IMG/VR virus record: IMGVR_UViG_3300046804_001058
Span: 64,001-113,936 of that record
Origin: a virus
Lineage: Duplodnaviria; Heunggongvirae; Uroviricota; Caudoviricetes
Strand: one strand, 5' to 3'
DNA: 49,936 bases
The position numbers and the translations under genes were made by a program. Position 1 is the first letter of the stretch; every line of letters begins with the position of its first letter. Shown here in pieces: positions 26,005 through 35,953 of the stretch. The notes beneath the pieces are model-generated. The model did not search any database. It was not told where the DNA came from and saw only the letters and a program-made list of their open reading frames with translations.

Positions 26005-27567
26005 TTAGTCAATTGCTACGATTCTTCCTGAAATTTCTTCCTTAATTTCGTCCAAAGATTTCACAATTGTGTACACTTCTACAGCAGACAATGCAGGTAA
26101 ATTGAAATCATATTTCTTAGCTTCTGCAGTGAATCCTTCCTTAGCTTTTTCTGCAAGGTTTTCTAATTCACGTACAGCATAAGAATCATCAAGTTGCAAT
26201 GTATCAAAGTCTAAGTCATGTAATATTTCTGTTGCTTCTTCACGAGGTACAGTCATAATTGGTAAATACTCATAGCATCTACCTTTAGACTCACCAATAC
26301 CTACAACCTTCATTGGGTTAATAAGTACGATAACACTCGTATCACCACAACCTACATAATGAATCTCATCAGATGTAAAGTGTAAACCTTCAGCACCACA
26401 ATCATCAGTATTCCATCTACATTGCTCCATAGGCATGTTTACTGGTCTACCAATACGGATGTCAAACGTTCTTGTATGAGCATCTGTGAATCTGTTCTCT
26501 GCTCTATTAGGCAAATCAAGATATAACTCAGTTAGGTTACCAATCTCTTCACCATACTGAGACTCACAATGCTTATACACTGTACCAGAACCTTCACATT
26601 CTGGACACTCTACATTGTCACCATTGTAACAATCATTGTATCCTTCAAAACAATCATCTTCTTCATGATAAGGAACATATCCTGTACCATCACAGAATGT
26701 ACATGGCTCTAATTCTTCAAATACAGACTTATGAACCATTGTGTATTCACCATTCTTTAAGAACACTAGATAATCATCAGGCTTCTTCTTCCATACAGCT
26801 TTCACTTTATTATAAGCATTACTTACAAAGTGTACAAGCTCATTAGAACCATGAACAGTAACTACATTACGTAATGCTACAAAGAAGCCCTGCTTTGTAA
26901 TCTTAAAGCTATTCTTGCGTAAGAAGTTGTATAACTTATCTGCCACTTCAGCTCTAGGATTCAAGCAACACCACATAAAGAAACGCTTAAGTGCTTGATA
27001 TTGCTCATCTTCTCTAACCAAAGCATTCATTTCATCAATATTAGCCATTCCATTATAAGAATAACTACCAATGATTTCTAAGAACTCTTCTACCATCAAT
27101 GGTGGGATGCTTCTGTTAATACCTTTTAAGTATAAACTACCATGCTTCATTTCAAAATCATCAAACTTAGCAAGATATTCAGCACCTTTCTTAATGGCTT
27201 TTGCCTTCTCATACTCAGCTTCAGCTTGTCTTCTTTGGTCCTTTACTTCTTGTGTGCTCACAAGATCAAATAGACACGCTTCTGTTTTACATTCTCTAGC
27301 AGCATTGAAATCATCTGATGTTGCTGGAGACTTAGTGATAATGTTACCATCATTCATTACAATAGTCAATGTGTCATTAACCATTTTAATGTTTAGATAG
27401 GGTTTAATCACTGATGTACTGGTAGTGGTTGAATGCCACGTACTATAAGAAGAGGGTTGTTCCCCCTCTTCTTTATCTAATTCATTGAACGCTTGTTCAA
27501 TTTTGCTTTCTACTGCTTTCTCAATTGTGCGTTCAATAGCACTCTTAAACCATTTTAGACTTAACAT
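26005..27567 (-). CDS. rIIB: rIIB-like protein with inserted CxxCxGxG zinc finger
   Basis: LYNFLRKNSFKITKQGFFVALRNV, FDIRIGRPVNMP, DCGAEGLHF, INPMKVV, KGRCYEY; lies directly downstream of the rIIA-like gene. Confidence 0.72.
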   Translation of the reverse strand: MLSLKWFKSAIERTIEKAVESKIEQAFNELDKEEGEQPSSYSTWHSTTTSTSVIKPYLNIKMVNDTLTIVMNDGNIITKSPATSDDFNAARECKTEACLFDLVSTQEVKDQRRQAEAEYEKAKAIKKGAEYLAKFDDFEMKHGSLYLKGINRSIPPLMVEEFLEIIGSYSYNGMANIDEMNALVREDEQYQALKRFFMWCCLNPRAEVADKLYNFLRKNSFKITKQGFFVALRNVVTVHGSNELVHFVSNAYNKVKAVWKKKPDDYLVFLKNGEYTMVHKSVFEELEPCTFCDGTGYVPYHEEDDCFEGYNDCYNGDNVECPECEGSGTVYKHCESQYGEEIGNLTELYLDLPNRAENRFTDAHTRTFDIRIGRPVNMPMEQCRWNTDDCGAEGLHFTSDEIHYVGCGDTSVIVLINPMKVVGIGESKGRCYEYLPIMTVPREEATEILHDLDFDTLQLDDSYAVRELENLAEKAKEGFTAEAKKYDFNLPALSAVEVYTIVKSLDEIKEEISGRIVAID

Positions 27568-27579
27568 GTTTTTGTTTTT

Positions 27580-29940
27580 TTAAATTGTTTGTAATTCATT
27601 AATTGTGTCTTCTGTCAACGTTTCTTCAAGTACAGCATCTTCTGTTAACTTAATAGTGTAGTGCTGTAAATTAACCTTTTGCTTGTGGTATTTGAATAGG
27701 TCTACTACAGCTTGCATCATAGGATTTTCCACTGCATTTTCTCTGTAGCCCATTTTATCCATTAACACATTCAAGAAAGGTAATTTAGTAAACACCTCAT
27801 TAACTTGCTTATAGACCATATATATAGGTTGGTCAAACAAGTTGTTTTGTGTAGCATGCTCAATAATAATATTTTTAGTTGTATCATCAGCATAGTTTTT
27901 GGTATTAAGCCTGTTGTACTCGTCCAATATGTTTAACTTGTCTCCTAGATCCTTAGATATTTCTGTAACTACATTAATTCGTTGAAATGTAGCTCTTTTA
28001 GTTCTAACAAGTTCTTCCACTAAGAATTGTGTAGCCATTGTTTTAAATGGTCTGTTCTTTCCTTCCATAAATTTGTCAATTGTTATCCAGTTATGTAAAT
28101 CAGCTTTCTGTAAATTGTCTATTGTAGCTTGTGCAACAATAACAAAGTTTGCATGTTTATTAAAGCAAGACCATAACTTATCTAGTTTTTCTCTTTGATC
28201 TTCTTTACCATACACATGTAGCTTATTAACTTTATGAACATCTTCTAATTTAAATGTAGTAGGAACAAACTTAGCATATCTATCAGAATATTGGATTTCT
28301 GTAGCTGTACCCACCTTACCAGAGAATTCACCTTTCATTCTCACCTTCTTAACACCATTCACTGTTACAGGGCTAGCTAACACCTTCATTCTCTTAGCTT
28401 TCTGAGCATCCATCCAGTCTTGTGGAATCTCAATAGCATCAACATCAATGAAATCTTTAGCATATAAACTGATTATATACTGGAACTCTTTGATAAGTTG
28501 TCTCCACTGACTCTTTGGATAGTTCTTAAGACCTAATACAGAATGATAATACTTATTGTAATCAATTTCTTCACCATTCATTAGTGTGAAAGGCTTATCT
28601 TTCTTTACAAATAAGTGACATTTACTGTTATCTCCAAGCAAACTTCTCATGTAATCCTGCTTAGTTTTAGTCAATCTATCAGAGAACACATAAACTTTAC
28701 CAGAATTATAAGAATTCAAGTCCTGAAGTCTCAAGTTAGTAGTCCAATAGTTTTTGGCATTGTTGAATCTATTTCCCTGATATCTATATTTGATTTGATA
28801 TTCAGACAATATATATTCTTTATTCTTCTCAGCCATTCTTTGTAGATCTAATAACTCTATACCTTCCATTTTAGGCTGCTTCATAGGAATTGTAGCATGC
28901 TTGATAAGCTCATCAATCTGAACTTTATCTTCATCTTTTCTATAAAAGCTTGGTAGATATCTGTATCTCTCTCCATAGAAACTCATAACAGCATCAATGT
29001 TAGCGTTATCAGAGATTGACTCATTGAACTTCTCCATGAATACATCTGCTACCTGAGCTATCTTCTTAAGGATAACTTGCTTAGCTTCTTGTGTATATCT
29101 GATAGCCTCTCTATTTGGTGTAGGAAACAATCCATCACTGAGACTAAAGCGTAGTGCTATCTTAATATTGATTCTATCAATACCAAGTTTCTCCCAGTCA
29201 ATTGGATAACTAACATTGTCCAAACATAAGTGCATGCTGTTATTAGTTGCCATACTAGAGAACTGAAAGTGTTCAGCTCTATAGATTACAAAATCATTAG
29301 ATACAGAGTGACCAATAGATTGATCTACATCAAAGTAAACATTCTCAAAATAAGCTAATTGCTCTTTAATCTTCTGAGTGAAGTTGTATCTATCATAATA
29401 GTTTACAGGTACAATCACCTTTACACCATTACCTTCTGTAGTTGGCTTCTCATATAAAAGGTCAATACTATTAGTATCTTCACCTTCATACATCATGTAC
29501 TTACGTTCCATACCATTCTTTCTAGCTACAAAATAAAAGCTAGAACTGTAAGCTAGTGGGGCTTTGAAACCTAAACCCATCATACCTAACTCCGTATTAC
29601 TGTCACGCTTGGTTGATTTACCGTACTTGCTGATAATGTTAACTACATCATCTGCATCTAAACCAATACCAAAGTCTTCAACAGCAAATTCATATGTATC
29701 TGCCTGGTTGTTTCTCTTAAATGAAACAATGATAGGCTTGTCACTCCCAGCTCTTCTGTGACTATCTAGTGCATTAGATGCACATTCTCTGATAGTAGAG
29801 CCTATTGAATCTGAATAGAGATTCTTACTTAACATCTGCATCAATACTTGAGCAGAATCTAAGTCTAGTGACATTTTCACAGTGTCCTGTGATTCTCCTT
29901 CTTGGAGGATGTGTGCTTCTGTTTGTTTTTCTAGGATCAT
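27580..29940 (-). CDS. rIIA: rIIA-like GHKL (HATPase_c) protein
   Basis: LYSDSIGSTIRECASNALDSH, VEDFGIGL, STKRDSN..GMMGLGFKAP, GNGVKVIVPV. Confidence 0.8.
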   Translation of the reverse strand: MILEKQTEAHILQEGESQDTVKMSLDLDSAQVLMQMLSKNLYSDSIGSTIRECASNALDSHRRAGSDKPIIVSFKRNNQADTYEFAVEDFGIGLDADDVVNIISKYGKSTKRDSNTELGMMGLGFKAPLAYSSSFYFVARKNGMERKYMMYEGEDTNSIDLLYEKPTTEGNGVKVIVPVNYYDRYNFTQKIKEQLAYFENVYFDVDQSIGHSVSNDFVIYRAEHFQFSSMATNNSMHLCLDNVSYPIDWEKLGIDRINIKIALRFSLSDGLFPTPNREAIRYTQEAKQVILKKIAQVADVFMEKFNESISDNANIDAVMSFYGERYRYLPSFYRKDEDKVQIDELIKHATIPMKQPKMEGIELLDLQRMAEKNKEYILSEYQIKYRYQGNRFNNAKNYWTTNLRLQDLNSYNSGKVYVFSDRLTKTKQDYMRSLLGDNSKCHLFVKKDKPFTLMNGEEIDYNKYYHSVLGLKNYPKSQWRQLIKEFQYIISLYAKDFIDVDAIEIPQDWMDAQKAKRMKVLASPVTVNGVKKVRMKGEFSGKVGTATEIQYSDRYAKFVPTTFKLEDVHKVNKLHVYGKEDQREKLDKLWSCFNKHANFVIVAQATIDNLQKADLHNWITIDKFMEGKNRPFKTMATQFLVEELVRTKRATFQRINVVTEISKDLGDKLNILDEYNRLNTKNYADDTTKNIIIEHATQNNLFDQPIYMVYKQVNEVFTKLPFLNVLMDKMGYRENAVENPMMQAVVDLFKYHKQKVNLQHYTIKLTEDAVLEETLTEDTINELQTI

Positions 29941-29942
29941 AA

Positions 29943-30302
29943 TTAAAAGTTTACTTCAATTTTAAATTCTTGTAATATTTCTTTTGCTTTTTCTATTGTT
30001 TCTATTTCTTTTGGATCTGTAATGTTTTCTCTGTTTAATTTCATAATCCTGGTGTCTCTTGGAGAATTTATGTAACATTTCCATATTCTATTTAATGCCC
30101 AAGGTTTTTTATAACTGTCATATCCACTATCTGTTTGTGCTTGTTCCCACCAATTTCTAGAGCTTATCACTCCGTGGGGCATAAAATATTGAACTGTGCC
30201 TCTACCTTGTCCATAATAAATACCAATACTAAAATCATTACCATTAGCAATTGCTATTAGATCTCCTTTTTGGACATCTCCACCGTGTTTAACTGTATAC
30301 AT
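29943..30302 (-). CDS. Hypothetical protein
   Basis: ORF track. Confidence 0.7.
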   Translation of the reverse strand: MYTVKHGGDVQKGDLIAIANGNDFSIGIYYGQGRGTVQYFMPHGVISSRNWWEQAQTDSGYDSYKKPWALNRIWKCYINSPRDTRIMKLNRENITDPKEIETIEKAKEILQEFKIEVNF

Positions 30303-30314
30303 AATTGTTTTTGT

Positions 30315-31031
30315 TTAAAATGGTGTACCATCTAACCATTCAATTTGAAAATTATTGTTGTCTTTAATTACTTTGTTAACCATTCTGAATACATCACCAG
30401 ACTCCCATTCTGTGTTCTTATAGCTAGCTGACGCAGGATGTGTTGTTACAAATGAATATGCAAAAGGACTTGTATATCTAGCATATTTAGCTGCATCCTT
30501 ACCTAGGAATACTATAGGCACCATGGTTGGAGATATTATCTCTTCTAGTACATATTTAGTGAATGGTTCCCATATCTCTAAATGAGAGCCTGCTTTGTTT
30601 ATCTCAGTGGTTAGTGATGCATTAAACATCAATACACCCTGATGAGCTAGATAGCTAACATCTGCAGGTTTCTCACAATGAAGACATAGTCCATTATACA
30701 CTTCTCTCTCAATAGCATTGTAAAACTGTTCTAATGATGGCTGTAATACACCAGTGGTAGAACAACCCATTAGTAATCCGTCTGCTACAGGAGAGCCCTG
30801 TTTTAGTGTATGATATGGAGCCATACCTACTATAACAACTTTTAGCTCATCTAGTGAGGTCTCTTTAAAACATCTATAGACATTAGAAGAAAGAGGAGCA
30901 ATTTTCTTGCCCCTCTGACTCTCTGACTTAAGAAATTTATAGATGTTATCACAAGCTTCGCTCTCAATAAACGGTTTCATCTTCAAGTGCCAACTCTCAT
31001 GAAACTGATCTTTAAATTTTTCCCAATTCAT
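30315..31031 (-). CDS. ung: Family 1 uracil-DNA glycosylase-like protein with degenerate catalytic motif
   Basis: KVVIVGMAPYH (vs GQDPY), QGVLMFNASLT, WEPFT, VFLGKDA, HPASAS. Confidence 0.8.
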   Translation of the reverse strand: MNWEKFKDQFHESWHLKMKPFIESEACDNIYKFLKSESQRGKKIAPLSSNVYRCFKETSLDELKVVIVGMAPYHTLKQGSPVADGLLMGCSTTGVLQPSLEQFYNAIEREVYNGLCLHCEKPADVSYLAHQGVLMFNASLTTEINKAGSHLEIWEPFTKYVLEEIISPTMVPIVFLGKDAAKYARYTSPFAYSFVTTHPASASYKNTEWESGDVFRMVNKVIKDNNNFQIEWLDGTPF

Positions 31032-31032
31032 A

Positions 31033-31830
31033 TTAAAATATTGATAATTGTCTAAAATGTTCTTCTTCAGTTTCTACACTAACAGACATGATTTGTTCTG
31101 CTGATGCTCCTGTAGAAGTCATTAATGTTCCTGTAGCGTCAACAAAGAATTTATGTGCACTAATATGGTTTTCCATCCATAATCCTGGATGTACTTCCTT
31201 CATAGCAAATGTTGTATAATTGTACAACTCCCATAAACTATCTGGAGCACCGTAATCATGCGTAGGAGCTTTTAACTCTCTGCTGATGATATTCAGCTGT
31301 GTAGACTGAATAAACTGCTCTTCAATAATCATTCTACCAATTAGCTCAGCTTTTGTACGCTTAGTGATTTCCACTTGCTTCATTGCTTCTCTTTGAGTTT
31401 GCATTAACTTGAATGAATCTGCAGCTGTCTTGATGTAATCTCCAATAGCCTGTGGTGTGAATGATTGAATCTCACCAACGTGTTTCTTCTTGAATGCACC
31501 ATAATCACCAGACACACAACCATTAGAACATACTAATATGCGTGTACCAATAGCAAACTTTAATGTAAGTTGCTTGTTGTAGCTATTCTGCCAACCAATC
31601 TGTAATTGCATCTCACTATCTGCTACGTTTCTGATAGAGAATCTACCATTAGCAATTTGACCATCTGCAGCTGCTGAATATGTTTCTTTATCTAATATGA
31701 AACCAGCTTTCAAAATACCATCTAATGTAAGGTCTACTAATTGACCATGTGAAACAGGCTTATAAGTTCTTGTCTGTGCAGGAACTGGTGCGTTGAGAAT
31801 TAACTCTTTTGTTGTGTTATAAATTTCCAT
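31033..31830 (-). CDS. DUF932-like protein
   Basis: YKPVSHGQLVD, GWQNSYNK...RILVCSNG, LWELYNYTT. Confidence 0.7.
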   Translation of the reverse strand: MEIYNTTKELILNAPVPAQTRTYKPVSHGQLVDLTLDGILKAGFILDKETYSAAADGQIANGRFSIRNVADSEMQLQIGWQNSYNKQLTLKFAIGTRILVCSNGCVSGDYGAFKKKHVGEIQSFTPQAIGDYIKTAADSFKLMQTQREAMKQVEITKRTKAELIGRMIIEEQFIQSTQLNIISRELKAPTHDYGAPDSLWELYNYTTFAMKEVHPGLWMENHISAHKFFVDATGTLMTSTGASAEQIMSVSVETEEEHFRQLSIF

Positions 31831-32834
31831 TATAATAACTGTTTTTGTTTTAAATACTGTTCAATTGTTTCTAATCCATGGACTTTTGCAAGATCTGCCC
31901 AATCTTTTATCCCTTCAGCTAAATACTTACGTGGGACGTTAGCATAACCAAAATCAAATAACTTAGTTATCTGTTGAGAATTGGTTACACCAGTAACATC
32001 ACTATCAAAACTTAATATCTGTCTGTCAGAGTTAGCTTTTAGATATTCTACATTCTCATGTGAGAAACATCCTATACCTTCATTCTGTACAGCACAGCTA
32101 CATGGGAATACTTTCTTCATCACCATATAGTCCTTCTTACTCTTGTTGATAAATGCTACACTGCAGTTAACTATATCTTCTTTACCATCCATGCATGTAA
32201 TAGGAACATTATTAGGAATCCATTTATGCTTCTTGTCTCCAAAAGGTCTATAAATCTTCCAATACTGTCCCTCATACAGATAACCAAATGTAAATTCATT
32301 ATCTGGGATGGCAAACTTGCTCTTGTTCAAGAACACGTTTTTCACTGCATATATATTATTATCTCTAAGGTCTTGGATATCTATATGATACTGATTCCAA
32401 TACTCAAGCTCCTTATTAGTAAACTTCCTGGTACTCACCTGGATGATAGAATATCTCTTCTCTATCTCAGGCTGCTTGTATTCAGATACTATCTTCTTAT
32501 ACTCTTCTGTTGATTTACCTGTACTGATGCCCAACCCAAAGTCTTTATCTATGAGTTTTAGTACATCTATCATGTTTGGTAAATTATACAGCTTTTGTAC
32601 AAAGTTAAAACAGTCACCTCTCAAGCTTGTATCAGCAAAGTCTATGAATGATATGTAACCAAGTTTATTACCAATAACAAACGATGGATTATTCTCTTTC
32701 CTAAAAGGAGAATATGTAACCCTATTAAGTTTCCAATCATGATCTGGCATATAGAATCTAAATATATCATACTCAGATATCTTGCTCAACACTGCTTCTA
32801 TAGACAATTTTGTCTTTTTTACTCCTTTAATCAT
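31830..32834 (-). CDS. DnaG-like primase (divergent TOPRIM)
   Basis: SPFRKENNPSF, FADTSLRGDCF, WKIYRPF, KSKKDYM, SFDSDVTG, KDWADL. Confidence 0.75.
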   Translation of the reverse strand: MIKGVKKTKLSIEAVLSKISEYDIFRFYMPDHDWKLNRVTYSPFRKENNPSFVIGNKLGYISFIDFADTSLRGDCFNFVQKLYNLPNMIDVLKLIDKDFGLGISTGKSTEEYKKIVSEYKQPEIEKRYSIIQVSTRKFTNKELEYWNQYHIDIQDLRDNNIYAVKNVFLNKSKFAIPDNEFTFGYLYEGQYWKIYRPFGDKKHKWIPNNVPITCMDGKEDIVNCSVAFINKSKKDYMVMKKVFPCSCAVQNEGIGCFSHENVEYLKANSDRQILSFDSDVTGVTNSQQITKLFDFGYANVPRKYLAEGIKDWADLAKVHGLETIEQYLKQKQLL

Positions 32835-32849
32835 GATTCAAATTTAATG

Positions 32850-32875
32850 AAAAAGCCCCACATTTCTGTGAGGCT
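32850..32875 (-). terminator. Intrinsic terminator, GAAA tetraloop
   Basis: Minus strand AGCCTCACA-GAAA-TGTGGGGCT-TTTT. Confidence 0.8.
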
Positions 32876-32896
32876 CTCAATGGACAAAACACACTA

Positions 32897-33772
32897 TTAA
32901 TAATCACTATCGTCTTCAGCAATCACCTTATCAGATGCTACTAAATTATCATCAGCATTATAATCTTTCAAGTCTTTTAGTGTATAGAAATCTCTACAAC
33001 CATATTCACCTGTTACATTGATTACAAAACGCTCATGAGGTTTTAACTCTTTAGACTTCTTAGCACGCAATGTCTTTTGAACATCTGCATCACCATAATT
33101 GATCAATCTAAAGTTCTTTAATGCATAAGCTGGTAAGAATGCTTTATTGTAAATTGTTTGATACTCTTTAGGACCATCTTCTTTCTCTACAGTTTTGATA
33201 GCTGCTAATGCTACTACATTCGTAGCAAATTCACCACCAACTTGAGCTCTTAAATCTTTGGTGTTACCCTTCATCAATTTAGACCACTCAATCTGTAATG
33301 TAGATTCAGCATCACGTAAATCCAAGTTACCTAACCATGTACGTAAGAAGTTATATAAATCCTCTTCACCTACATATGCTACACGGTATTCTCTACCAGA
33401 GAACCATGAAGGTAAGTTGTTTTCATCATCAGACCAAGTACACATACCTACAGAATTGATATACTGCTTCTTGGTACCATCCTTGTTCTCTTTCTCTTTG
33501 TTTTCTAAGAAGAAAGTCACCTTGAACTTATCTTTGTTCTTGATTTCTTCCAACCAAACATCTACACGTAAGATAGTATTACCATCTTGGTTCTTACTTA
33601 GATACTCAGTTGCTTTACTGTCTTCTTTCAAGTCCATTCCTAAAATGTCCTTGTACTCTTCTGTTGTTGGATTGATTGCTACTACTTCAGCTTCAAATAA
33701 GCCTACTTTTTTAGCAAAGTCTTTTCCATCAAACTGTTGTTGTTCTCTTTTTTTGCCTCCAATGTTACTCAT
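32897..33772 (-). CDS. Putative ssDNA-binding/recombination protein
   Basis: Lies next to the AAA ATPase; acidic tail AEDDSDY; beta-rich. Confidence 0.5.
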   Translation of the reverse strand: MSNIGGKKREQQQFDGKDFAKKVGLFEAEVVAINPTTEEYKDILGMDLKEDSKATEYLSKNQDGNTILRVDVWLEEIKNKDKFKVTFFLENKEKENKDGTKKQYINSVGMCTWSDDENNLPSWFSGREYRVAYVGEEDLYNFLRTWLGNLDLRDAESTLQIEWSKLMKGNTKDLRAQVGGEFATNVVALAAIKTVEKEDGPKEYQTIYNKAFLPAYALKNFRLINYGDADVQKTLRAKKSKELKPHERFVINVTGEYGCRDFYTLKDLKDYNADDNLVASDKVIAEDDSDY

Positions 33773-33795
33773 GTTTTCTACGTTTTTGTTTATGA

Positions 33796-34467
33796 TTAAT
33801 TATAATACTCGTCAATTGTGTCTACTACTGTCTGTAAATTATTTGGAATCTTGATGTCAGCAAACATACCATCTGGACTCTTAGCTGGGTACTTCTTGAA
33901 TCTGTTAGTTACAAAACTATAGGTAGCAGTACCATCTTTTGACTCATCAACATGTGTATACAAGCAGATTGTTAATAATCCCTCTAATACAATTTGATTG
34001 TCAATTAACTTACCAGCGGTTTTAATCTTATATCCTATAATCTCACCAGAATCTTCAATAGTCTCTGGGTGTGTAAAATAGAATATCTTCAAGTCATCAC
34101 GTAACTTACGAGCTTCTCTGAATAGTTCTACCATATCCTTAGCCATTAAGCTAAACTTAGTAAAACCAACTTGGTCAGCTTTAGATACAATATTGAAACC
34201 CATAATGTAATTAGAGTCTTCAATAATGATGTTCTTGATGTGAGGAGCTTTCTCTGAAATCACTCGTAATAACTTTGTGATTTCTACAGCATCATCTACC
34301 TCTTTGTAATTCTTGTTCTCCAAATTGTACAACTTCTCTGCTCCTTTGAAAGGTAATTCTTTCTTAGCAACGTTAATGATGTACGTCTCTTTTGGATCTA
34401 AATGTTTGATTGATGTGGACTTTCCTGTTCCAGTGGGACCCACAATCCCAATTAATTTACTTGCCAT
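33796..34467 (-). CDS. AAA/Sak4-like P-loop ATPase
   Basis: GPTGTGKSTS, IIIEDSNY, KIKTAGKLID, PAKSP. Confidence 0.75.
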   Translation of the reverse strand: MASKLIGIVGPTGTGKSTSIKHLDPKETYIINVAKKELPFKGAEKLYNLENKNYKEVDDAVEITKLLRVISEKAPHIKNIIIEDSNYIMGFNIVSKADQVGFTKFSLMAKDMVELFREARKLRDDLKIFYFTHPETIEDSGEIIGYKIKTAGKLIDNQIVLEGLLTICLYTHVDESKDGTATYSFVTNRFKKYPAKSPDGMFADIKIPNNLQTVVDTIDEYYN

Positions 34468-34471
34468 GTTT

Positions 34472-34684
34472 TTAACTGTTTTGTTCTATCAAAGGTACAT
34501 TAATTTCATCACTTTTCAAAATAATTTTAGTAGGTTCTAGTACGCTTGGATTAGCTAAAATCTCATCATAAAACTTCTCTGCGTCTTCTTTTCTTGAAAA
34601 CCATTTAAGACTTGAACCATCAGCTCTCACTACATACATTGTACCTGTATCAGGTCTACTTTCTTCAAATAATTCTAGTATCAT
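34472..34684 (-). CDS. Hypothetical protein
   Basis: ORF track. Confidence 0.65.
   Translation of the reverse strand: MILELFEESRPDTGTMYVVRADGSSLKWFSRKEDAEKFYDEILANPSVLEPTKIILKSDEINVPLIEQNS
34490..34520 (-). promoter_or_regulatory. Bacteroidota-type promoter for the AAA/SSB pair
   Basis: TTTG(34520-34517)-N19-TACCTTTG(34497-34490). Confidence 0.7.
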
Positions 34685-35781
34685 ACGTATTTAATTTTGT
34701 TTTTGTCAAAGAACTCTAACGCTTTGTTGAGCCATTTCTTTTCTACATCTTCTGTAGAGCACACTATATATATTTGTGCTTTCTTCTCTGGATTGTTGTA
34801 TTCCATAGCCATACATCTATTAATCTTTTGGGCTAGGTTTTCACCATTACTATCAAAGTAATTGATAATCACACGGTTGAGTGGTTTATATGTTACACCA
34901 GTGTTTCCAATCTTTACAACAGCCAGGTGATTACCCTTACCAGAAGCAAAGTCTTCAAAGACTTGTTTGTCTCCTGCTTTGCTATGATATACAGGTATAC
35001 CTAGTTCATCTGCTATAGCTGTTACACCACAGAACACCAAAATACGCTCATCCTTGTACTTATCTAGAATCCTTTTGGTAAGATTCAATTTGGCCACACT
35101 GTTCTGGATTATTCTCATTCTGGCTAGACGTAAGAACATAGTTGCCTTACCCTGTCTTTCCATTTGATCTATTACCCATCCATATGCATCAAATTGCTTC
35201 TTCTCAGTCTTCCATTTACCCTTATAGTTACGTTTTATTACATCATCCAAAGGAGTGGTAACCACGGTGATTTGATAGTCTACAATAACACCTTCTTCAA
35301 TAGCCTGTTCAATAGGATATTCAGCTAATACAGTTAAGTCAAGCTCTTCTCTGAGTGTTTTCTCAGTCCAGCTAGACAATGTACCAGTTAAACCAAGCAC
35401 CTTTGTGCACGTAAGCTCTTTTACAGCCTCTATTTGTGCTTCAGAGAGTAAATGTATCTCATCAAGCACAACTAAGTCATAAAAGCCACCTGTGTGCTTT
35501 TTAATGGATAAGTGCGTAGTATAAGTGATATTAGGATTCTTGTACTTTCTAGCTTTGAAATCCTCTTCCCAAGATGCTTTGATCTTTAAGTCAGGATATG
35601 CTATCAGGATATTAATGTTCTTATCTAATTTCTCTAGAATATTGATGGTAGTGTATATCTTACCAAATCTAGGACATAGATTAAGGATACCAAACATTCC
35701 ATGATTCAACCATATATCAGCAAATTCTTGCTGTCTTTTATTCCTTAAAGTAGGACTCTGGTTCTTCTGGAGGGTTGCCAT
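34681..35781 (-). CDS. SF2 (DExH) helicase-like protein
   Basis: CPRFGKI, VVLDEIH, GLTGT, ILVFC, QKINR. Confidence 0.75.
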   Translation of the reverse strand: MATLQKNQSPTLRNKRQQEFADIWLNHGMFGILNLCPRFGKIYTTINILEKLDKNINILIAYPDLKIKASWEEDFKARKYKNPNITYTTHLSIKKHTGGFYDLVVLDEIHLLSEAQIEAVKELTCTKVLGLTGTLSSWTEKTLREELDLTVLAEYPIEQAIEEGVIVDYQITVVTTPLDDVIKRNYKGKWKTEKKQFDAYGWVIDQMERQGKATMFLRLARMRIIQNSVAKLNLTKRILDKYKDERILVFCGVTAIADELGIPVYHSKAGDKQVFEDFASGKGNHLAVVKIGNTGVTYKPLNRVIINYFDSNGENLAQKINRCMAMEYNNPEKKAQIYIVCSTEDVEKKWLNKALEFFDKNKIKYV

Positions 35782-35950
35782 AATTTATAATAATTGTATG
35801 TGACCAAAATAACCATTCTATATTAATTGCTATGTATGGGTCAAACTCTTGAATGTTATTCATAATAGCAATCGTTGGTATCAGGACCACCTGCCACCAA
35901 TGACTTTCTTTACTTGGTAATGTGTTGTACACATTGCTTGTTATTCTCAT
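35738..35950 (-). CDS. Hypothetical protein
   Basis: ORF track. Confidence 0.55.
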   Translation of the reverse strand: MRITSNVYNTLPSKESHWWQVVLIPTIAIMNNIQEFDPYIAINIEWLFWSHTIIINYGNPPEEPESYFKE

Positions 35951-35953
35951 GTT

